Shown here piece after piece: positions 33,001 to 41,202 of a DNA stretch of 64,000 nt (positions are counted from its first letter, which is position 1; each line of letters opens with the position of its first letter). The translations under genes and the position numbers were made by a program. Under the pieces are notes generated by a model. That model ran no database searches and was not told where the DNA came from. It worked only from the letters and a program-made list of their open reading frames with translations. The stretch is from Nitrosopumilus sp. (GTDB lineage Archaea; Thermoproteota; Nitrososphaeria; Nitrososphaerales; Nitrosopumilaceae), in contig CBDBGZ010000009.1 of NCBI GenBank assembly GCA_965205425.1, positions 768,001 to 832,000 on the forward strand, written 5' to 3'.

Positions 33001-34551
33001 TTCTTTATTTACAAAAAAGATTTTACTGCATTTTGGATTAGTACACATGAAAATTGGGGGTAATACTCTAAAGAAATTATGTATGCTTACTCTGAGTAAA
33101 GGTTCATCCAAATTTTGTGATGGATTTTTTGCTATACTTCCAGCTTTGAGGTAACTCCAGATCAAATCATCCAAAACTAAAGCATTTTCTGAATTTTTTA
33201 CTTTTGAAGAAATTATTTGTTCATTTTTTAATAATTTTTGAATTTCTTCTACGGAACGTGGTTCATCTAATTTTTTGATTAAAAATTGGAATAATTCATT
33301 CTGTAAAAGAATTTTTCCCAGAAATTTTCTTTTATCTTCTACAATTCCTTGATTGGAGCCTATGATAGAATTTTGTAATTTTATAAAATTTTCATCAGAA
33401 AAATTTTTCTCTAATTTATCGTCTATATTTAGTGGTTCAAGTTTATCAATTTGTTTTGTTGCTGGTAGTTCCCAAGGTTTTCTTTCACCTTCAAAAACAT
33501 CATCATTGGAAAATGTTACTCCGAATAATTTTTTTGCAAATTTTGCAATTTCTTGCTTACGCTCAGTAGGGTTTTTTGATTTTGACATAGTTGCACTTGT
33601 TCCAATGCACAAAAATTCAAGATTGTTAGGAGTAACAAAATCTAATCTACGTTTTAATCTTCTAAGAAGTAATGATACGTCTACACCTCTTGCTCCTTCA
33701 TATGTATGCATTTCATCTAAAATCAAATACTTGACTTTGTTATTTTCAAATAATGGAATATCTGAAGGTCGTAAAAGAATCCTATCTAACATAACATAAC
33801 TTGTAATTAGAATATCTGGAGGATTATCTCTTAATTCTTCTCTTGTTAATAATTGAAAATCTAATTCTACCTCTTTTTCTTCATTACAACGAAGAATACA
33901 ATTTGGATTTGAAGGTGTTTTTTCTACTACAAGAGAATCTTTCTTACAGTTTGGACATTGAAATTCTACATCTAATTTTGGATCTAATTTATTCCCACGA
34001 TATGCAGTTTCAGGAGTTGCACCATTGTATATTCCAAAAGTAATTTTTTTTAATCCTTTACTGTCTCTAATTTTATTTAATTTAAAAAGATAATCTCGTA
34101 ATCTAGTTACTTGATCTCCAGCTAAAGCATTCATGGGATAAACTATAATTGCTTTAATTCCTTCTACATTTGCTTTTGAACAAGTATCTAAAACTGGAAT
34201 TAAAAATGACTCTGTTTTTCCTGAACCAGTACCTGATGAAACAATTGTATTTTTTTCATTAAGAATAATATTTTTAATTGCCAGTTCTTGATGCTTGAAG
34301 AAATTTTCTACTCCAACAGCAGTTAGAACATCTTTATCAATATCTGCATCAGCCATTAATTCATAATCTTTTTGACCATGAAGATAATTTTGAGTGATTG
34401 AGATAAATGGAGATTTCCAAAGTCTATTATTGTTCTTTAATTCATCTAGTTTTTTAGCTAATTCTTTATTTCCTAATGCAAAGTTTGCTTTGTAAAAATC
34501 AACATAATTCTGTTGAATTTCTTTAGTTGCAGATAATGGATTAGTAATCAT
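26998..34551 (-). pseudogene. ~2044-aa SF2 DEAD/H helicase + Zn fingers + DUF1998 + tandem PLD-like domains (DruE/DrmAB/YprA-like), interrupted by IS66
   Basis: SGTGSGKTE, YPMNALAGDQ, DEMHTY, TSAT, FTDSRQDAA, ATPTLELGVDIG, QRVGRAGRR; after IS removal FLPRFAFP, YDNVDGGAGY, CDHGCLRCL, IHRRFVVID; removing 1419 bp keeps the frame. Confidence 0.9.
29411..30821 (+). mobile_element. IS66-family element, single-ORF type, intact transposase 29473..30813
   Basis: 24-bp perfect TIR GTAACTGTCTAGAGTTTTGAAGTA; 8-bp TSD CATTAAAT; Zn ribbon, HGDETSW, QKCHIHYLR, NNTAERAIR. Confidence 0.95.
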
Positions 34552-35285
34552 ATGATTGTCTCCTTTTTTGAGGTATTTAATGAAGATCCCTGAATATTAT
34601 TTATGATATTATTACTTTCATCTGGATTACATTGATTTAGAAATTTACAAAAATAACATAATTTTGAAAATTCTTTTTTAGGTGGATTTTTCTCTAACAG
34701 GGATTTTTCTAGTTCAAGAATTCTATCTTTTAACCACCATGTCTTATCCTCATTTTTTATTTGAAATGCAATCATGTCATTAAGATCAGCGTAAACAAGA
34801 ATTAAACGACTAACAGGGATAATATTTGAAAATATTGTTCCATAACATTGAATTTGTAAAATATCTTCTTTTTTAGGAATAGTTCCTTCTTCTGCTTGTG
34901 AATAGACATCTTTTGTAGTTTTTAGATCAATGATTGTTCTAGTTTTCCAATCATACATGTCTAGTCTACCTGAAATTGTTCTTAATTTCCCATTACCAAG
35001 TGGAATTTGAAAATCCATATCCAATTCATTCCAGTTGTATGCTGAAGTCATTTGATGTAATAGATCACCTCTTACTGTAGGCCACAAATTATCAAGTGTT
35101 TTTCTTGATTTTCTCTTCATCTTAGTTTTTTCATAATATGATTTTCTAAGGCAGCGAATTATCTCAGTTACTCCATATGATAGAGTTTTGTCATTTCTGA
35201 AAATCCCTGACTTTTTTTCTAAAAATGATGTAATCCCATCAGGAATGTCAACCTGCATGAATTGTTTGTTTTTTTCTTTTTGCAT
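34548..35285 (-). CDS. Cas4-like PD-(D/E)XK nuclease (Fe-S type)
   Basis: CLRKSYY, RGDLLH, SGRLD, IDLKT, QIQCY, CYFCKFLNQC; stop overlaps the helicase start. Confidence 0.85.
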   Translation of the reverse strand: MQKEKNKQFMQVDIPDGITSFLEKKSGIFRNDKTLSYGVTEIIRCLRKSYYEKTKMKRKSRKTLDNLWPTVRGDLLHQMTSAYNWNELDMDFQIPLGNGKLRTISGRLDMYDWKTRTIIDLKTTKDVYSQAEEGTIPKKEDILQIQCYGTIFSNIIPVSRLILVYADLNDMIAFQIKNEDKTWWLKDRILELEKSLLEKNPPKKEFSKLCYFCKFLNQCNPDESNNIINNIQGSSLNTSKKETII

Positions 35286-35321
35286 ACATTACATTACAGT
35301 ATCTTTCTTATCAAATAATTA

Positions 35322-35334
35322 TTGTATAATACAA
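35322..35334. promoter_or_regulatory. Palindromic operator candidate, copy 2
   Basis: TTGTATAATACAA 37-49 bp upstream of the Cas4-like start, the same spacing as copy 1. Confidence 0.6.
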
Positions 35335-35346
35335 AAAATATTTGTA

Positions 35347-36246
35347 TTAAATTATATCTCCGATAGCCTCAGGATTTGCCGCATGAAGGTGACCAAAATC
35401 TGTCAATTCTATAAAAGTACTTTTTCTATCGGTTTTACCTGATTTTGTTTTCTCAATTCCTTTTACTCTTACAATTAATCCAGCGTCTTCGAGTTTATTC
35501 AAATGAAAATTAAGTAATGTTGTTGTAATTGGTCTAAATTCAACTTTCTTTTTGAATTTTCCAGTTTTTTTATATTTACTAGTTTTAGAGTCTTTTTCCT
35601 TTTCTGCCTTTAATTTTTCAGTTGGCATTCCTTCTTTATCAAAACTTTTTAATAATTTTGTTCTACTAACAGGTGGATTTAATTCCCAAATTCTTGCTAA
35701 TATACGTGAAGTAGTACTTTCAGTAGAACCTGAAATTGTATTTCTACTCTTTACTCTAGGTGGAACAGGTAATTCTATTACTAGTTCTTTTCCTTTTGCT
35801 TCATGGTATTGTAACACATAGTACATTTTGGTTTGTGCAAGATAAGCAGAGCATGCAGCTCCTGCAACCATTGCCTTTGTGCCACCAGTTAAGTTAATCG
35901 CAAAATCCTTTCCTTGTAATTTTGCATTTTTCTTTTTCTCTTTGCTGATAATTCCCTGAATTTCACGGATTACATCATATGTATCATATTTTCCAACCTT
36001 AACTAATTCCACTTGAATTTCAAACTCTTTTACAATTTCTCTTCTTAATTTTTCAGCATTGTCTTTATATTGTTGAGTTTTTAGATGATCTTTTTCTTTT
36101 CCTTTGGCTTTTTCTAAAGCATCTTCAAATTCTGATTTTGTTTTTTCATTTTCAGTATGTAAAATGTATATCTTATCTGGTGGATTTTTTCGTAATCCTT
36201 CTTTAACAACAATTTGAGTATCTCCAACTGTGGCTATTTGTATCAT
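35347..36246 (-). CDS. CARF domain + winged HTH regulator (Csa3/DUF6293-like)
   Basis: IATVG, DKIYILHT, INLTGGTKAM, MYYV..ELP (CARF); C-terminal LNFHLNKLEDAGLI...IELTDFG (wHTH). Confidence 0.82.
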   Translation of the reverse strand: MIQIATVGDTQIVVKEGLRKNPPDKIYILHTENEKTKSEFEDALEKAKGKEKDHLKTQQYKDNAEKLRREIVKEFEIQVELVKVGKYDTYDVIREIQGIISKEKKKNAKLQGKDFAINLTGGTKAMVAGAACSAYLAQTKMYYVLQYHEAKGKELVIELPVPPRVKSRNTISGSTESTTSRILARIWELNPPVSRTKLLKSFDKEGMPTEKLKAEKEKDSKTSKYKKTGKFKKKVEFRPITTTLLNFHLNKLEDAGLIVRVKGIEKTKSGKTDRKSTFIELTDFGHLHAANPEAIGDII

Positions 36247-36262
36247 ATAGTAAAAATAATAT

Positions 36263-36275
36263 TTGTATAATACAA
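36263..36275. promoter_or_regulatory. Palindromic operator candidate, copy 3
   Basis: TTGTATAATACAA in the divergent promoter between the CARF gene and the 36312 operon. Confidence 0.6.
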
Positions 36276-36311
36276 TATAAAGTCTTCATCATTCAGGCAC
36301 TATTCTATTGT

Positions 36312-36455
36312 ATGAAACAAAAGATTTCAAAACTAATGGGTGACGACCATATCGTCAAGCAATTTGCTGAAAATACTAGACCTCTAAATCTAGTTCAAGC
36401 TTTTCTTTATGCTTGTTTTGGAGGATTCTCAGTTAGAGAAATTCTAGAGGTGTAG
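36312..36455 (+). CDS. 47-aa microprotein, paralogous to the 20724..21170 product
   Basis: MKQKISKLMGDDHIVK vs MKQQVFYQMGDGHIVN. Confidence 0.55.
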   Translation: MKQKISKLMGDDHIVKQFAENTRPLNLVQAFLYACFGGFSVREILEV

Positions 36456-36460
36456 CGAAA

Positions 36461-37207
36461 TTGAGTACTATTACTAAAGAAAAAATACCTAGTCTTACTG
36501 AAGAAATTGATACTCCTGAAGGTATAGTCAACTTTTTACAAAAAAGAAATGGATTATACTCTAAGGATTATACTTCAAGATATTCTGTAACTGAACTAGT
36601 TGGTTGTCAAAGAAAGTCTTTGTACAAACAACAAGAAGTATCTCAAGAAGAATTACTTGCAGATACAACTCTTGAAAGTATGTGGGCAACTGTTCGTGGT
36701 GATTTCCTACACAACATGACATATGCATACAAATGACGTGAGATGGATATTGAGCATTACATACCATTAGACAATGGTAAAGTAGCAACACTTGCAGGAA
36801 GGCTAGACATGTATGATTGGAAAACTAAAACAATCATTGATCTAAAAACTACAAAATTTGTTAGATGGCAAATAAAGCAAGGATTTTTGCCAAAACCTGA
36901 ACACATTCTTCAATTACAATGCTATGATACAATGTTTTCAGAATATGTGCCAGTAGAGAATCTAAACATTGTATATGCTGACATGTCTGATATTGTAACC
37001 TACAAGGTAGAAAAAAGAGACTTGACTGATTGGATAAAGACTAGAATCCAAGAAATTGAAACTGCTAAAACAGATAGTGTAATTCCAAATGGTGAAGTAT
37101 CTGGTTTATGCAAGTTTTGTAGGTATCAAACTAGATGTTCAGAGGCAGGAAATGGATTAACTGACAAACCATTATCTACTCCAAAACCAAATGAGGAATC
37201 TTCATGA
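36461..37207 (+). pseudogene. Second Cas4-like nuclease with one in-frame TGA (36734-36736)
   Basis: Two in-frame ORFs; TGA aligns to Trp of the paralog (AYK*REMD vs AYNWNELD); CQRK, RGDFLH, GRLD, DLKT, QLQCY, CKFCRYQTRC. Confidence 0.85.
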
Positions 37208-37302
37208 ATTGTGAATCACCATTTCATGATTGTTGGATTTTGTTATTTGGAGAGTGCAAAAAATGTTATTCAGATGTGTATCAATCTAAAATATTCAACT
37301 GA
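37204..37302 (+). CDS. Cys-rich microprotein (32 aa)
   Basis: MNCESPFHDCWILLFGECKKCYSDVYQSKIFN; ATGA overlap with the upstream stop. Confidence 0.45.
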   Translation: MNCESPFHDCWILLFGECKKCYSDVYQSKIFN

Positions 37303-37349
37303 GAAATATTGTTCAGGTAACAAAGATTACCAGAATTTATGCCTAGAAT

Positions 37350-37715
37350 CAAGTTCTAACCATTAATTGTAGAATTAGAAATGATTTCAAACCTAACTAA
37401 ATCCAAAAAATCACTAAAAATCTAGGTTGATACCCAAGAGAAAAGTAGTTCCTACTATTGTAGAAAACTAACTAAGATAGTTCCTCAACTCATACCTAAT
37501 TTTATAACATAATTTTGGAGAAAATCTAGGTTGATACCCAATCAGATAGTTTCGAACCATTAATTGTAGGAAACAAAACATTTTCGTTCCAGGATAAATC
37601 CCACAAATCCAATAAAATCTAGGTGTATACTCCCTGTAAAGATAGAAAATGATTACGGCTGTAAATCTCCACGTCATTAAGAGAAACTTAACATCCCTAA
37701 CCTCTAGGTGCGTAT
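37350..37715. repeat. Non-coding interspersed repeat region (candidate replication origin/iterons)
   Basis: AAAATCTAGGTTGATACCCAA at 37417 and 37521 (variants at 37614 and ~37702) alternating with AACCATTAATTGTAG at 37358 and 37555. Confidence 0.7.
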
Positions 37716-37783
37716 GGGGAATTGAAAGAATTTATCAAAACACCGTACCAAAACTAGTTGTCAAGGTTATCAAAGTGGTCTAA

Positions 37784-39148
37784 TTACCCAGATTTCATTA
37801 GACTACCTTGACTACTTCGACCACTTGTATCAATTCCATACTTTACTGCAAATGCAGTGATCAAATCTTTTGACAACACATAACTTGTAATTTTATGATA
37901 TTTGTTATTTTTTGAGACATAGTTGTGCTTCTTTTTTGCATGAAAGGTTTGCTCAAGAATACTTGCCAATTTATTCATAGTTATTTTTGTTCCAAATTCA
38001 TCAGGATAAAAAGTTCTTTGTGATTGATCTAATGTACCTGGCAGGTCAAGATTGTCATGAATGATAAGATTCCACAAATCAAGTGCTTTAATTTGATAAT
38101 TTTTATCAAGGTTTGATGAAATGATTTGAAAGAGTTTTGCAACTATGCTATTCTTTATTCCTTCTTGACGTTGTGATATATAGAATTGTGCAACCTGATT
38201 TGCTTTATCAAAGTATTTTGTATCAATAGTAGTAGAAATAAAATCATCCCACAACTCAGCATCTCTATTTTTTAATTTTGAATTAATGGGTGTAGGTATT
38301 TGCATTATGTTCTGTAATTTCCATACAAGTAGTTTGTTTCGTAACTGTTGAAGTGATTTCTTTTCTTCTGATGAAAGTTTCTTTATGTTTCCTTTAGGAA
38401 TACCTGACATCATATGAATGACGGCTAATCGTTCAACAAACCCTTTATCATTTGGAATTTTTTCTCCTGCAAACCATTTTTGACAAAATGTCTTGTAGAA
38501 AACTTGGTGTTTTCCTAGTGAATCTGTGCCTAAAATTCGTGCTTTTTTGGAACCTTTAGAATATGAACTCTTGTACATACGTAATTTTTCAGAGTTTGGA
38601 TGTAAACCTTGAGCCTCATCTTCAGCAATTGTTCCACATGCTTCTTCATCTTTTCCAAGAAAATTATACACATCAGCAGATGGAATGTCTTCACCTAGAT
38701 GACATCTATAACATAACCATGAAGCTAGATGAAGAATTGTGCTTTTACCAGATTCAGTATCACCTACACTAAATGGAAAGTGTAGTGTAGTAACCCATTC
38801 TTGACAATAACTTAACAAAATATCAATTTGAATTAGATGTCTTGTTAAATCATCAGTTACAACATATTTGTCAACCTGTGATTTTATTTCATCTAGTATC
38901 TTTTCTTTTGATATTGGTGTATTGATATAATCTAGTTCATCTTCAGTAAATGAATATGGAACATAACCACATTGGGATTCTTTGAGGGGTTTAACAAGAC
39001 CATCATATAGAATTGATTCCCTTACAACAAGTTTGTTTTCTGTTTTCTCATATGCAAGAAATTTTGGTTTCCCATTTACTAAAATTGATTCTACAAAGAA
39101 ATCACTTACATGACCTTTTGTCTTGGTTTGAGTAACTTGTTCAGACAT
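37784..39148 (-). CDS. P-loop ATPase, putative replication helicase of the element
   Basis: Walker A GDTESGKST, Walker B IAEDE, downstream ER motif; lies in the element backbone with RHH genes. Confidence 0.65.
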   Translation of the reverse strand: MSEQVTQTKTKGHVSDFFVESILVNGKPKFLAYEKTENKLVVRESILYDGLVKPLKESQCGYVPYSFTEDELDYINTPISKEKILDEIKSQVDKYVVTDDLTRHLIQIDILLSYCQEWVTTLHFPFSVGDTESGKSTILHLASWLCYRCHLGEDIPSADVYNFLGKDEEACGTIAEDEAQGLHPNSEKLRMYKSSYSKGSKKARILGTDSLGKHQVFYKTFCQKWFAGEKIPNDKGFVERLAVIHMMSGIPKGNIKKLSSEEKKSLQQLRNKLLVWKLQNIMQIPTPINSKLKNRDAELWDDFISTTIDTKYFDKANQVAQFYISQRQEGIKNSIVAKLFQIISSNLDKNYQIKALDLWNLIIHDNLDLPGTLDQSQRTFYPDEFGTKITMNKLASILEQTFHAKKKHNYVSKNNKYHKITSYVLSKDLITAFAVKYGIDTSGRSSQGSLMKSG

Positions 39149-39335
39149 TATTTTTCTCCTTTAATTTTGGACCTAGGAGAATCAATCGATTCTTTTCAAG
39201 AATGACTTTAAACTCTGGAGTTTTTCCAAACAATTCAATCCATTTTATATCAAAAGAAAGGAGAAGATGTTCATCCCACATTATCGGTGTAATAGTTGCA
39301 ATCTTAGTCATATCGCTTGTACCACCACATATCAC
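39141..39335 (-). CDS. Small hypothetical protein
   Basis: Overlapping operon ORF. Confidence 0.55.
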   Translation of the reverse strand: MICGGTSDMTKIATITPIMWDEHLLLSFDIKWIELFGKTPEFKVILEKNRLILLGPKLKEKNNV

Positions 39336-39501
39336 ATGTGTTTATGTGATCCATCAATTCATTGAGTAATTCATCATAGGTATTTCCAAGAAATCCAAAC
39401 TTTCGTAGTCTTTCTTTTGTTGGTTTTCTGACTGCAATTGTAGATTTATCGCTCATGTGGATCATCCTTCTTTTTGCTAGAATCAGTTGGGACTTTACCA
39501 T
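39304..39501 (-). CDS. Ribbon-helix-helix DNA-binding protein
   Basis: STIAVRKPTKERL...TYDELLNELM; real start probably MSDKST. Confidence 0.7.
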   Translation of the reverse strand: MVKSQLILAKRRMIHMSDKSTIAVRKPTKERLRKFGFLGNTYDELLNELMDHINTCDMWWYKRYD

Positions 39502-39652
39502 CTTGATTCTCTATCATTCTTTGAAGATACTTACTTCTAGGAATGTCCTTTCTGGCCTCATCGATTTGTCTAATCTGGTTTTTTGGAAGACAAATTGTTA
39601 TGCGTGACTGAGGCTGTTTTTTATGATTTTTCTCATTTTTCTTAATCATCAT
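39446..39652 (-). CDS. CopG/RHH DNA-binding protein
   Basis: RITICLPKNQIRQIDEARKDIPRSKYLQRMI. Confidence 0.72.
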   Translation of the reverse strand: MMIKKNEKNHKKQPQSRITICLPKNQIRQIDEARKDIPRSKYLQRMIENQDGKVPTDSSKKKDDPHER

Positions 39653-39818
39653 ATACTAGTAAACCAAAAAATGAGTGGGTGTATCTGGAATTGAGTGAAA
39701 AAATTTTCTTCTTACTCAATCTGAAAGTCAAAAAATAGATTACATTATACCTGTTGTAGATTATTTTATTGACTACAAAGAAGCTAGTATTCCAGAATTA
39801 GAACAGAAACTTGGAATT

Positions 39819-40466
39819 TTGAGAAAAAGTTTGGAAAGAACAATCAAACAATTAATTAACTTAGAATTAATTAAAATAAAAGAAATACAAGATAGAGGTA
39901 GAAGAAATTATTCTTATAAATCAAAAAATAAACTAAAACAATACAGGAAATTTTTGAGTAAAGAATATGATAGAAAATTTACAGGTTTAGAAATATTTGA
40001 AGAGAAGCGATTTAAAAAGAAGATAGATCATATTTGGTCAAAAATTATTAAAAAAATACATCATAATTCTACAAAATATAATAGATTTAACAGAAATAAT
40101 CTGAGAAAAAAATTTAAAATCAAATCAGCTAAATTACAGAAAAAAATCACAAAAATTCAATGGCCTAACGAAATTTCCATTAGAGATATAAAATATCATC
40201 ATGCAAAAAAAATTCAAAGAGATTATGGTGAAGGACGTATTTGTAATGTTTGTTTGAATGAAGATAGAATTTTAGATTATTTTAAAACAAATTATATGGA
40301 TTCTCAATTATTTTGTTCAAAGGGACATATTCTAAAAATTCCTCAAACACCTGAAACATTTATGGATTCATTACAAGTGAGTGATTCAGAAAAACAAATT
40401 TGGAACAATATGCTAAAATCAAAAAAAATTAATAAATACAAAAAGAATCATTTTCGCTTTCGATAA
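39819..40466 (+). CDS. Basic protein with N-terminal wHTH and a C-terminal CxxC motif; start uncertain
   Basis: Frame is open upstream (ASIPELEQKLGILRKSLERTIKQL, HTH-like); CNVC...CSKGH. Confidence 0.55.
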   Translation: MRKSLERTIKQLINLELIKIKEIQDRGRRNYSYKSKNKLKQYRKFLSKEYDRKFTGLEIFEEKRFKKKIDHIWSKIIKKIHHNSTKYNRFNRNNLRKKFKIKSAKLQKKITKIQWPNEISIRDIKYHHAKKIQRDYGEGRICNVCLNEDRILDYFKTNYMDSQLFCSKGHILKIPQTPETFMDSLQVSDSEKQIWNNMLKSKKINKYKKNHFRFR

Positions 40467-40590
40467 ATTTTCACTAATTCTGCAATAACATCATCCATTG
40501 AGGTAAATTCACCTGATTTGGATTGAATTTGGCCCTGAATCTTCAGCATTTCCTTGTGATTCTCGTCTGAGATACGGAGGGTTTTGACCA
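40448..40590 (-). CDS. RHH/antitoxin-like small protein
   Basis: MVKTLRISDENHKEM...SMDDVIAELV (C-terminal part of the listed 110-aa ORF). Confidence 0.65.
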
Positions 40591-40767
40591 TAATGTGGAT
40601 TCGATATATGCTGTATATAGAAGATACTTGAACTCTTTGAATAAACCACTTGTGCCTGTTTTTGGCATTTTTAAGGAAAAAATCCATTGAAAATTGATCG
40701 GCTAGAATGAAAAAGTAAAAATTCTTAAACCTGACACCGTTTTTACAGTTACAGGCGATCATATAGT

Positions 40768-41193
40768 ATGCAAATATCAATAAATGAACAAAAAATCAAT
40801 CAATTGGAAAAATCCGTTTTAACTTTACTCTATTTTACAAAAGATCATAAAATTCAAAGATACAATAGATTACAATTAGCACTTTACCATATGAAAGATG
40901 ATTTCCTTCCTTCATTTCAATTCAAGTCTAGCAACAAATGGGGACCAGCAGATGAAGAAATTAGAAACCTTCTTAATTTGTTATGTGGCGAAATCGATTC
41001 TGAAATTAGGAGACAACATGGAATACCTTATCTGATATACAATCTTACATCAAATGGCATGTGTCGCGCAGAACAACTTGTATCTGAATTATCTGAAAAA
41101 CAATTATCAATTTTAAAAAATATTTCAAATTGTGTCAACACTCACTATGATGAAATTTCCTTAAGACCATTAATTTCATGCTTAAATAACTAG
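40768..41193 (+). CDS. Panacea/DUF4065(YwgA)-like wHTH protein
   Basis: RLQLALY...F....WGP...I..LL...YNLTSNG pattern. Confidence 0.55.
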   Translation: MQISINEQKINQLEKSVLTLLYFTKDHKIQRYNRLQLALYHMKDDFLPSFQFKSSNKWGPADEEIRNLLNLLCGEIDSEIRRQHGIPYLIYNLTSNGMCRAEQLVSELSEKQLSILKNISNCVNTHYDEISLRPLISCLNN

Positions 41194-41202
41194 GACTACA
41201 CT

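Noticed and set aside
36734..36736. TGA as selenocysteine or programmed readthrough
   Set aside because: The position aligns to Trp in the paralog, so a TGG>TGA change or sequencing error is simpler.
37350..37715. CRISPR array next to Cas4-like and CARF genes
   Set aside because: Only two exact 21-bp copies, intervals of ~70-85 bp and no cas1/cas2; this is not a canonical array.
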